Assembly: GCF_030144855.1 (NCBI RefSeq)
Contig: NC_082717.1
Span: forward strand, 106,516,001 to 106,580,000
Direction: 5' to 3'
DNA: 64,000 bases
From: Hypanus sabinus
Taxonomy: Eukaryota
Made by a program: the position numbers and the translations under genes
Notes under the pieces: generated by a model
What the model was told of the DNA's origin: nothing
The model's database searches: none
What the model saw: the letters and a program-made list of their open reading frames with translations, nothing else
Shown here: positions 53,005 through 64,000 of the stretch, in pieces
Position numbering within the stretch: position 1 is the stretch's first letter
Layout of the letters: each line of letters starts with the position of its first letter

Positions 53005-53760
53005 CCTTACAATCACACATCGGCAGCGGATTGTACCAATGGAACCATTTCCAACCCCTGTAACTGTAGAGCCACAGGACTTCCAACTCCCCACACGGTA
53101 TAGATGTAATTGACACCACCATACCACTGTAGTGTGAGGACCCAGAACGATACAACATCCAGAACTGTACTGAAAGGACTCAGAATGTACAGACCACAAT
53201 CCTGCGCCTCCAGTCACAGTGAACCCCCACACTACACTGTACAGAAAGAGTTAACAGTACACAACACGGACAATGAACTTTACAACATCACATCCTTCAC
53301 CATAAGGACATAGAACGATAAAACTCTCCACTGAATGGAGTGAGTACACAGAACCATAGCACACCATTAAACACCAGAAAAATCCCAGCACCTCAAGGAC
53401 AGAGTCCTGTATAATCCTGCCGCTCCACTGCGATTAATTGAACTGATGAGAGAAGAGCAAAGAATCTACTTCCCCTGGTGGGAGAGTACAGAACAAGGGG
53501 AGAATGGCCTGATAATTAGAGCCAGGGTGTGCAATGGAGTTGTGCAAGCTCTTGTATCCAGTTTGCACAGCAGACATGGGAAGGGGAAACAGAACCTATT
53601 TTAATGCACCGATGAAGCAGATGAACTTTAATTATTTCAGTTGTAGAGACACGGCGTTTCAAAGGACAGCATATTAACGTGGATAAACTCCAGGATCAGG
53701 ATCCTATCACTCTTTGTTTCATGAAGGGTTTTGTGATGTTTACAGTTGCTCCTCTGGGTG
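53005..53760 (+). repeat. Segmental duplication, copy 2
   Basis: Homologous to 48610-49500. Confidence 0.85.
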
Positions 53761-53919
53761 ACAGCTCCTTCTTTCCCCCATCCCGGGCTGCTGACCTACC
53801 ATCAGCTGACACACTGTGATTTACGTGTTCTTGACGCGCCAACGTCACAGAGGACCTGCTATTCACCGATGTCATTTCCCTGGCAATGACCCAAGGCTGG
53901 GCTGTTAAACAATCAACAC

Positions 53920-55520
53920 TTTCACACACAAGATGAAATCTGCAGATACTGGAAATCCAAGCAATGAATAGAAAGTGGAATTAAAATGGGTGGCCACTGG
54001 GATATCACGCCTCTTCTGGTGGACGGAGCATAGGAGTTCGGCGAAACGGTCTCCCAATCTACTTCGGGTCTCACCGATATACAGGAGGCCACACCAGGAG
54101 CACCGGAGTTGCATAGGGAGGGATGCCTGCAGAAAGCAGAAAGTGAAGGGGGAGTGGGGGGAGGGAAAGATGTGCTTGGTGGTGGGATCCCGTTGGAGAT
54201 GGCGGTATGGAGAATTATGTGCTGGATGCGGAAGCTGGTGGGGGTGGTAGGTGAGGACAAGAGGAACCTTATCCCTGGTAGGGTGGCAGGAGGATGGAGT
54301 GAGAACAGACGTCCATCAAATGGAAGAGATGCGGTTGAGGGCAAAGTTGATGGTGGAGCAAGGGAAGCCCCTTTCTTTGAAGAGGGAGGACATCTTCATT
54401 CTGGAATGAAAAGCCTCATCCTGAGAGCAGATGCGGCGGAGATGGAGGAACTGAGAGAAGGGGATTGTGTTTTTACTAGTAACAGGGTGGGAGGAGGTAT
54501 GGTCCAGGTAGCTGAGAGAGTCTGTGTGTTTGTAATACAAATCAGCAGATAAGCTGTCTCCAGAGACAGAGAGATCGAGAAAGGGGAAGGAGGTGTTGAA
54601 AATGGAGGCAAAATTTGAGGGCAGGGTGCAAGTTGGAGGCAAAGTGGATGAAATCGACGAATTCAGCATGGGTACAGGAAGCAGCACCAATGCAGTGGTC
54701 AATGTAGCATTGGAAAAGTGCAGTTCTGTCACCAGTGTAGGCTTGGAACATAGACTGTTCCACATAGCCATGTGGGTGCCCATGGCTACACCTTTTGAAG
54801 GAAGTGGGGGGAGCCAAAGGAGAAATTGTTTAGAGTGAGGACAAGTTCCACTAGGCAGAGGAGAGGGTGGTGGGGAGGAAATGACTGAGTCTGGTAGCCA
54901 GAAAGAAACTGGGAGTTCTGAGGCCATCCTGGTGGGGGATGGAGGCGTATAGGGACTGAACATAAGATGATGAGGGCCAGGGAACTGAAATCATTGAAAA
55001 GATCCATACTGTGTCAGGTATCGCGGATGTAGGTAGGAAGGGACTGAACTTTGGGGATAAAACAGAGTCGAGGTATGCAGATACGAGTTCATTGGGGCAG
55101 GACAAGCTGAAATAATGGGTCTACCTGGACAAGCGGGTTTGTCGATCTTGGGTAGGTAGAAGGTAGAAATGGGAGCTGCAGGAACAATGAGGTTGGTGGT
55201 GGTGGATGGGAGATCTCCAGAGTCAATAAGGTTGGTGAAGGTGTGGGAGACAACGGCCTGGTGTTCCTTAGTGGGGTCCTGTTCGAAGGGTAAATAAGAG
55301 GAGGTGTCTGATAGTTGCCACTGTGCCTCAGCAAGGTAGAGGTCAGTACACCCGTCTGCTACAGCACCCCTTTTATCTGCGTGTTTGATGGTGAGGTTAG
55401 GATTGGTGCAGTGGGACTGGAGAGTAGAGCTTTAGGAAGGAGTGAGGTTGGAATTGGAGAGAGAAGTGTTGATGTCTAGAAAGTTGATATCCCGTCAGCA
55501 GTTGGCAATGAAAAGGACCA
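53920..55520 (-). mobile_element. Penelope-like element, degenerate RT plus GIY-YIG endonuclease
   Basis: KGVAMGTHM, FQCYIDHCIG, LYYKHTDSLSYLDHTSSHP, IPFSQFLHLRRICS, GLLYIGETRSRLGDRFAE across frames. Confidence 0.92.
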
Positions 55521-55633
55521 GAGCAGACAGAAGACCAGAACGGGATATCCAGAAAGAGGAGGAGGGTTGAAGATGGGAGAAGGGGTTTTGCTCCCTTTTC
55601 TGTTTGGAGACCTGTGACCAGTGATGTGCTACA

Positions 55634-55803
55634 CACGCAAAATGCTGGAGGAACTCAGCAGGCCAGGCAGCATCTATGGAAAAGAGTAGAGTCAATGTTT
55701 GGGAAATGTCGACTCTACACTTTTCCCATTGATGCTGCCTGGCCTATTGAGTTCTAGCATTTGTGTGTGTTGCTTGGGTTAACAGCGTTGCAAATTTTCT
55801 TTT
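55634..55803. mobile_element. Fold-back Penelope-derived mini-element with 17-bp TSD
   Basis: TSD accagtgatgtgctaca at 55617-55633 and 55804-55820; inverted arms aaatgctggaggaactcagcaggccaggcagcatc / gatgctgcctggcctattgagttctagcattt; inserted into a CR1 VTS(G)VPQGSVL codon block. Confidence 0.88.
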
Positions 55804-58369
55804 ACCAGTGATGTGCTACAGGGATCTGTGCCTGGTTCCCTGTTGTTTGTCATGTATATTAATGACATGGATGTGACTGTTGATAAATAAGTTCACTGAT
55901 AACTGCTGGTAGTAAAGTTATAACAGGATGTGGATAAACTAGATGGAATTTAACTCACAGGAGTTCAAAATATTGCACTTCTACAAGTTAAAATGAGATG
56001 GATTTAGGCAGCAAGTGACAGGACCCTGGGATATTTTAGATCAGAAAGACCTGGGAGTACATGGTTCATTGAACGTTACATAGAGAGGAGAGGTTGAGAG
56101 GGATATGGACCTAATGCAGGCAGATGGGGAACCTGGCCGGTGTGGATGAGTTGTACCGAAGGGACTGTTTCAGTCCGGTATAAATCACTGACTCGAATCT
56201 GGGAAGTTAAACCAGGGCAGGATGTACACTGTAAACGACAGGATCAACAGAGACTTTGTGTGTCCCTGCCTCCACCACCTCCTCTGGACACTGATTTCAG
56301 ATACCAGCTACTCTCTGCTTTAAATATTTATCCTTACGATCCCCTTTCAACCCCCTCCCTGTCACCTTAAAACTATTCCCTTTAGTTTTGGACAGTCATA
56401 CAAAGGGAAACAACTTCATATAGTTTTATCTAGCTCCATAGTGTTACCCATCAGCCACATCCATGACAGGAAAACCAGACCCAGAATATCCTGTCTCATG
56501 ATAACAAGCCCTCCAGTCTGGGCAATTTTCTTCTGAGTCTTCTCTGCACAACTTTAGTCACATCATTCCTGTAGTGCAACGCTCCGAATGGTGCATGGTT
56601 GCCAGATCTGGCAACCAACATTCTGTATCACTGTAACATGTCGCTCCAAATCTTTACTCAGGTCTTCACCTGATCTAGACAACCAGGACACACCACTTCT
56701 TCACATTCCTGTCAAACTGTGCTGTCACTTTCAGGTAATTTTGTAACAATGCTTGAGGCATCTGCACAGGTACTTCAATGAGCAAGGCCCAGAGGGACAT
56801 AGAATTAATGAAGGAAAGTGAGATTATGATACCTCAGCATGATGGTGGGCAGAAATGTGATGCGTGAAGGGTCTGTTTCTATGCTGCACAACTCTGACCA
56901 TGGCATCCACCATCGCAGTGGCTTTTCTTACCTGGACCCTCGGATCTGAGCTTGTCTCACTGAACCCCTTGTCTTCTGGGATGAAGCTTGGACCCTCCCA
57001 CTGTCACCAAGCTGTCAGCCATCTCTCCTACCATTACCCACAGTGCTTCACCAATCTCCCATGTAAAAGGACTGTTATTGGTGGATTTGAGATGGGGTAT
57101 TTTGGTGTCTTTTGAGGGGTGGAGTCAGTATTTGACCATTAAAACCCTTATCCAATAGAAATCCATCTCTCTGGGTTCTGAATGTTTCAGGTGAGTCCGG
57201 TCTGACGTGCTGTGTTCCAGGTTCCCACTGAACTTTCACAGTCAGAGGTTTCCGCAACAGAGTAACGGACTTCGGCCCATCATGCCCATACCGACCACTG
57301 AGGATTTGTTCACCAACTTATCACTTGGTCTGTCACTTCCTGTGTCTTGGTAATTCAAAAGCTCATCCTGATGGTTCTTGAGTACCTGTCTGCACCACCC
57401 TCTCAGGCAGTGTGTTCCAGATTGTAACCTCTCTTTGAGTGAAAGAGGAAATTTTTCCTCAGATCCCTCTAAACCTCTTACTCCTCTGCTTGAATCTCTG
57501 CCCCTTTGTTGTACACACATCTGACAGGAGTCAGTGTTGTTCCGCACAGAAAAAGACCCTTCAGCTCACCTGATCCACGTCTACCAGATCCCCCCTGAAC
57601 CAGACCTATCTATGAACCTGTCTAAATGTCTTCTAAACCCAGTAATTAAACCCACATCTACCTCTTTCTTTACCCATACCATCTGCGCAGAGCATGTTGT
57701 CCCTTGTCCCCCTTTAAATCCTTCCCCATACACCTTAAATCTGTGCCTCCTAGTTTGAGACCCCCCCCCCCATGCTTGGAAAAGTCCATGTCCATTCACA
57801 CTATGACCCTCATGGTTTGATGTCCTCTTCAATTTCGCCCCTCATCCTCCTAGCCCAGACTATGCAGACTCTCCTTGTAACACAAACCCACCAATCCCAT
57901 GGTATTGTGCTAAATCACCTCTCCAGCTCAGTCACACCTTTTGGATTGTGTGGCATCAGAAGTGGGGTTTATCCACCATTAGCCCTACTAAGACTTGTAA
58001 TAGCTCCACCTTTGTAATCTTCATGTGCGCTGGAAATTCACTGCACCAAATGAAAACTCCAAACACAATGTCATTCTCCCTGGGGAATACAGCTGAGAAC
58101 TATTCATTTCATTCCCTGCCCACCTCCCCTGGCCCCACACACAGGTTGTCTGTCACTTTGCTCTACAACAGACCCCACTCACTCCTTGGTTACCCTCTTG
58201 TTCTTTGTATACTTAAAGCACCCGTTATCATTTATTGAGCGTTCCCTTAATCGTAGCTGCCACTGATAACTTATGACTTATCTTTGCCCTTCAAATCTCT
58301 CCTTTCCAACTCTCTGTTCTGCTGACTGGCCTCCCCAGTCTTCAGTGCTCTTTCCCTAACACATCTTCA

Positions 58370-58700
58370 TTAACATTATGTGCTGTGTCGTAAGACATGG
58401 GTGATCATGGTGTCCCATCCGTCCCCAGTCTCAAGCTATTCTTGTTTTCCTCTCTATCCATGACCATGACCGTCCTTGGCTAATTTTCCCACGGAAGTGC
58501 CATTGCCTTCTTCTGGGCAGTGTCTTTACAAGACAGCAACCCCAGCCATTATCAATTATCAGAGATTGTCTGTTTGGTGTCAGTGCTCACATAAGAAGGA
58601 CGTGACAGGCACCAGCTGCTCATACGACAATCCACCACCAGCTCCCGTGGCTTCACATGACCCTGATCGGGGAGATAAACAAATATAATACCTTGCCCCA
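58370..58700 (-). mobile_element. RTE-related short non-autonomous element, copy 2
   Basis: gccattgccttcttctgggcagtgtctttacaagaca..ccagctgctcatacgac, the reverse complement of 6226-6560. Confidence 0.6.
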
Positions 58701-61700
58701 GTCTAGGGGGAGCATTTGCTACTGCTGTTCAGGAGGATTTAAACTAATGTGGCAGGGAGATGGGAACAAGTGCAGAGAGACAGAGGGGTGTAAAATGAGG
58801 GTAGAAGCAAAAAGTAGTAAGGTGAAAGGTAAAAGTGGCAGGCAGGCAAATCCAGGGCAAAAAGCAAAAAGGGCCTCTTTTCTACATAATTGTTTAAGGG
58901 CTAAGAGTGTTGTAAAAACAAGCCTGAAGGCTTTGTGTATCAATGCGAGGAGCATTTGTAACAAGGTGGATGAATTGAATATGCAGATAGTTATTAATGA
59001 ATATGATATAGTTGGGATCACAGAGACATGGCTCCAGGGTGACCAAGGATGGGAGCTCAACATCCAGGGATATAATGTCAAGATAGAAAGGTTTTTATCA
59101 CAAATAACTCTTCCAAAATTGAATACGGAAGAACAGAAGGGATTAGATATGCCTTTTACATTAAAAGAGGTCGAAGAAGCTCTAGGACCATTTCAAAGTA
59201 ATAAATCTCCAGGAGAAGATGGTTTTCCACCTGAATTTTATAAAAAGTTTAAAGATTTATTAATTCCTCCTTTTATGGAGTTAATACATCAAGCGGAAAG
59301 AACGCATAAACTTCCAGAATCTTTTTCAACAGCTATTTTAATAGTATTGCCAAAAAAAGATAGAGATCTTTTAAAGCCAACATCGTATAGACCTATTTCT
59401 TTGTTAAACACTGATTATAAAATAATAGCAAAAATCTTATCTAATAGATTATCTAAATACTTACCAAAATTAATACATATGGGTCAAACAGGATTTATTA
59501 AAAATAGACAATCGGCAGATAATGTAACTCGGTTATTTAGTATAATTCATTTGGCTCAAAAGAGGGAGGAAATGAGTGTGGCAGTTGCTTTAGATGCAGA
59601 AAAAGCATTTGATAGATTGGAATGGGATTTTTTTTATTTAAGGTATTGGAAAAATATGGATTAGCAGTATCTTTTATAAAATGGATTAAAACCTTAAATA
59701 CTAATCCCAAAGCTAAGTAGTGACAAATGGTCAAATTTCAACACCATTTCAGTTAACAAGGTCAACTAGGCAAGGTTGTCCATTATCACCTGCTTTATTT
59801 GTGTTGGTGATAGAACCATTAGCTGAATTAATTAGAATGGACCCAGATATTAAGGGTTTCAGAGTTAACCAGGAGGAATACAAGATTAATTTATTTGCCG
59901 ATGATGTACTGCTTTATTTAACAAACCCATTGCACTCGTTGCGTAAATTATCCTCTAGATTAGAAGAATATGGGAAGATATCAAGTTACAAAATAAATTG
60001 GGATAAAAGTGAAATTTTACCTCTCACTAAAGGAGATTATAGTCGATGTCAATTAATAACTCAATTTAGATGGCCGACAAACGGTATAAAATATTTAGGT
60101 ATAAGAGTTGATAATGATATAAAGAACTTATATAAATTAAATTACTTACCATTATTGAAAAAAATTCAAGATATTGATAAATGGATGATATTACCAATAA
60201 CATTAGTAGGTAGAGTAAATACTGTAAAAAATTAATATATTCCCTAGACTACAATACTTATTTCAATCACTACCAATACAACTACCCCAGAAGTTTTTTC
60301 AAGAGTTAAATAAATATGTGAGGAAGTTTATTTGGAAAGGTAAGATGTCAAGAATATCGTTGGAAAAATTGACATGGAAATTTGATCTAGGAGAGTTACA
60401 ACTTCCAAATTTTAAGAATTATTATAAAGCAAATCAACTTAGATTTATTGCATCTTTTTTTGAGAAAGATAGACCGGCATGGATTAGAATAGAACTAGAT
60501 AAAATAGGATAAAATACACCAGACGATTTTATATATAAATGGGAATCTAAATGGATATGGGAAAAAAAAGAATCTCCTATATTAAAACATTTGATTGACT
60601 TATGGAATAAGATAAATGTTCATGATGAGACAAAGAAATCTTTATTAGTTAAGAGATCTTTAATTCAAAATAGACTTTATTCCTTTTACAATGGATAATC
60701 AACTTTTATATAATTGGTTTCAAAAAGGGATTAGATATATAGGAGATTGTTTTGAAGGAGGTATATTAATGTCAATTGATCAATTAAAGAATAAATATAA
60801 AGTATCAAACAACACTCTTTTTTGTTACTTCCAATTAAGGGCTTATTTAAGAGAAAAATTAGGTCAAACAATGTTATTGCCGAAATCTAATGAAATAGAA
60901 CCTTTAATTCAAAAAGGAAAAACTAAAGAATTTATTTCTTGTATGTATAGCTTGATTCAAAAACAGGCAATTAAACAAGGAATCCATAAGTCAAGACAAA
61001 AATGGGAAAGTGACTTAAATATTAAAATTGAAGAAACAAATTGGTCAAGACTATGTCTTGATAGTATGACAAATACAACAAATGTCCGGTTAAGATTAGT
61101 GCAATATAATTTTTTACATCAATTATATATTACACCACAAAAATAAATTAATTAAATCCAAATTTATCTGATCAGTGTTTCCGATGTAACCAAGAAATTG
61201 GTACTTTTTTACATTCTACTTGGTCTTGTTCTAAAATTCAACCTTTTTGGACAAATTTAAGAATTTTATTGGAACTAATTATTGGAACACAACTTCCACA
61301 TAATCCAATATTATTTTTATTAGGCAATATTGAAGGGATAAAATTGAAACCCAAATTGAATAAATATCAGAAAGAATTCATAAAAATCGCATTGGCAGTA
61401 GCCAAAAAGGCTATTGCAGTTAAGTATAGATTGTTGGAAGGATGAAATTTCCAGCTGTATTCCACTTGAAAAAATTACTTACAACTTAAGAGATAAATAT
61501 GAAACATTTTTGAAAATTTGGCGCCCTTATTTACAAAAGACAGGATTAAATATATAGATGCTCCAAAGATAAAATAATTGGTTATTTGGGGAAAGAAATA
61601 AATATATATACTAAAGTTATTACGAACTCCGTGGAGCATGTGGGGATCTTCCGATATCCAGGCACCCTCTCTTTCTTTCTTTTCTTTTTCTTTTTTTCTA

Positions 61701-64000
61701 TAGGAATGTTAGGGGGGAGGGGCTAAGGGGAGGGGGGAAGAGTATATTTTTTTTTTCTGTAATCATTTGAAAACTCAATTAAAAAAGTTTTTTAAAAAAA
61801 CAAACAAAACATCCAGGAATATTCAATATTCAGGACGGATAGACAGGAAAAAAAAGGAGGTGGGGTAGCATTGCTGGTTAGAGAGGAGATTAACACAATA
61901 GAAAGGAAGGACATTAGCCTGGAGGATGTGGAATCGATATGGGTAGAGCTGCATTACACTAAAGGGCAGAAAACGCTGGTGGGAGTTGTGTACACCTCAC
62001 AGTAGTAGTGAGGTTGGAGATGGCATTAAACAGGAAATTAGAAATGTGTGCAATAAAGGAACAGTAGTTATAATGGGTGACTTCAATCTACATATAGACT
62101 AGGTGAACCAAATTGGTAAGGGTGCTGAGGAAGAGGATTTCTTGGAATGTTTGCGGGATGTTTTTCTGAACCAACATGTCGAGGAACCAACTAGAGGGCA
62201 GACCATTCTAGATTGGGTATTGAGCAATGAGGAAGGGTTAGTTAGCAATCTTGTCGTGCGAGGCCCCTTGGGTAAGAGTGACCATAATATGGTGGAATTC
62301 TTCATTAAGATGGAGAGTGACATAGTTAATTCAGAAACAAAGGTTCTGAACTTAAAGAAAGGTATCTTTGATGGTATGAGACATGAATTAGCTAAGATAG
62401 ACTGGCAAATGATACTTAAAGGGTTGACGGTGGATATGCAATGGCAAGCATTTAAAGATCGCACGGATGAACTACAACAATTGTTCATCCCAGTTTGGCA
62501 AAAGAATAAACCAAGGAAGGTAGTGCACCCATGGCTGACGAGGGAAATTAGGGATAGTATCAAGTTCAAAGAAGAAACATATAAATTAGCAAAAAAAAGC
62601 AGCACACCTGAGGACTGGGAGAAATGCAGAGACCAGCAGAGGAGGACAAAGGGCTTAATTAGGAAAGGGAAAAAAGACTATGAGAGAAAGCTGGCAGGGA
62701 ACATAAAAACTGACTGTAAAAGCTTTTATAGATATGTGAAATTAACAAGATTGGTCAAGACAAATGTAGGTCCTTTACAGTCAGAAACAGGTGAATTGAT
62801 CATAGGGAACAAAGACATGGCAGACCAATTGAATAACTACTTTGGTTCTGTCTTCACTAGAGAGGAAATAAATAATCTTCCGGAAATAGTAAGAGACCGA
62901 GGGTCTAGTGAGATGGAGGAACTGGGGGAAATACATGTTAGTAGGGAAGTGGTGTTAGGTAAATTGAAGGGATTAAAGGCAGATAAATCCCCAGGGCCAG
63001 GTGGTCTGCATCCCAGAGTGCTTAAGGAAGTAGCCCAAGAAATAGTGGATGCATTAGAGATAATTTTTCAAAACTCCTAGATTCTGGATTAGTTCCTGAG
63101 GATTGGAGGGTAGCTGATGTAACTCCACTTTTTAAAAAAGGAGGGAGAGAAAAACTGGGAAATTATAGACCGGTTAGTCTGACATCGGTAGTGGGGAAAA
63201 TGTTAGAGTCGGTTATCAAAGATGTGATAACAGCACATTTGGAAAGAGGTGAAATCATCGGACAAAGTCAGCATGGATTTGTGAAAGGAAAATCATGTCT
63301 GACGAATCTTATAGAATTTTTTAAAGATGTAACTAGTAGAGTGGATGGGGAGAGCCAGTGGATGTGGTATATTTAGATTTTCAAAAGGCTTTTGACAAGG
63401 TCCCACACAGGAGATTAGTATGCAAACTTAAAGCACACGGTATTGGGGGTATGGTATTGATGTGGATAGAGAATTGGTTGGCAGACAGGAAGCAAAGAGT
63501 GGGAGTAAACGGGACCTTTTCAAAATGGCAGGCAGTGACTAGTGGGGTACCGCAAGGCTCAGTGCTGGGACCCCAGTTGTTTACAATATATATTAATGAT
63601 TTAGACGAGGGAACTAAATGCAGCATCTCCAAGTTTGCGGATGACACGAAGCAGGGTGGCGGTGTTAGCTGTGAGGAGGATGCTAAGAGGATGCAGGGTG
63701 ACTTGGATAGGTTAGGTGAGTGGGCAAATTCATGGCAGATGCAATTTAATGTGGATAAATGTGAGGTTATCCACTTTGGTTGCAAGAACAGGAAAACAGA
63801 TTATTATCTGAACGGTGGCCGATTAGGAAAAGGGGAGATGCAACGAGACCTGGGTGTCATTGTCCACCAGTCATTGAAGGTGGGCATGCAGGTACAGCAG
63901 GCGGTGAAAAAGGCAAATGGTATGTTGGCATTCATACCAAAAGGATTTGAGTACAGGAGCAGGGAGATTCTACTGCAGTTGTACAAGGCCTTGGTGAGAC
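58700..64000 (+). mobile_element. CR1 LINE ORF2 (APE plus RT), interrupted by L1, running off the window end
   Basis: LKALCINARSICNK..IVGITETWL before the L1; ORF 62103-63080 (LDWVLSN, GKSDHN, KSPGPGGLHPRVLKE) and RT motifs after. Confidence 0.93.
59074..61807 (+). mobile_element. 5'-truncated L1-clade LINE (RT to A-rich tail)
   Basis: TSD aacatccagggatat (59059-59073) / aacatccaggaatat (61808-61822); KSPGEDGF, YRPISLLNTDYKI, LDAEKAFD, TRQGCPLSP, LFADD; AT-rich, several frameshifts. Confidence 0.95.

Overview
Eukaryotic, repeat-rich DNA from a vertebrate. The retroelement families and histone flanks suggest a cartilaginous fish, probably a ray (inference). The window is a decaying replication-dependent histone cluster: two near-identical intact H2A genes, one intact H4, two 5'-truncated H3 copies, an H2B pseudogene and an H2B 5' remnant. 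All except the H2B remnant have a recognisable 3' stem-loop. The genes form a ~45-kb mirror image (H3> H2B> <H2A ... H2A> <H2B H4> <H3). Between them lie two C2H2 zinc-finger pseudo-exons and heavily nested transposons: CR1, L1, Rex/Babar-like LINEs, Tc1, Penelope-like elements, RTE-type SINE-like elements, Gypsy solo LTRs and a Gmr1-type LTR plus gag with a SCAN-like capsid. The most notable points are (1) short fold-back Penelope-derived insertions with 17-bp TSDs and minimal hammerhead-ribozyme motifs, one inserted exactly at the H2B stem-loop; (2) the mirror layout with convergent histone pairs and a repeated gene-less CCAAT module between them; (3) a tail-less H3 ORF with a Kozak ATG; (4) an open SCAN-like gag upstream of same-strand zinc-finger exons. 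Coordinates were read by eye, and TE boundaries are approximate unless a TSD is cited.
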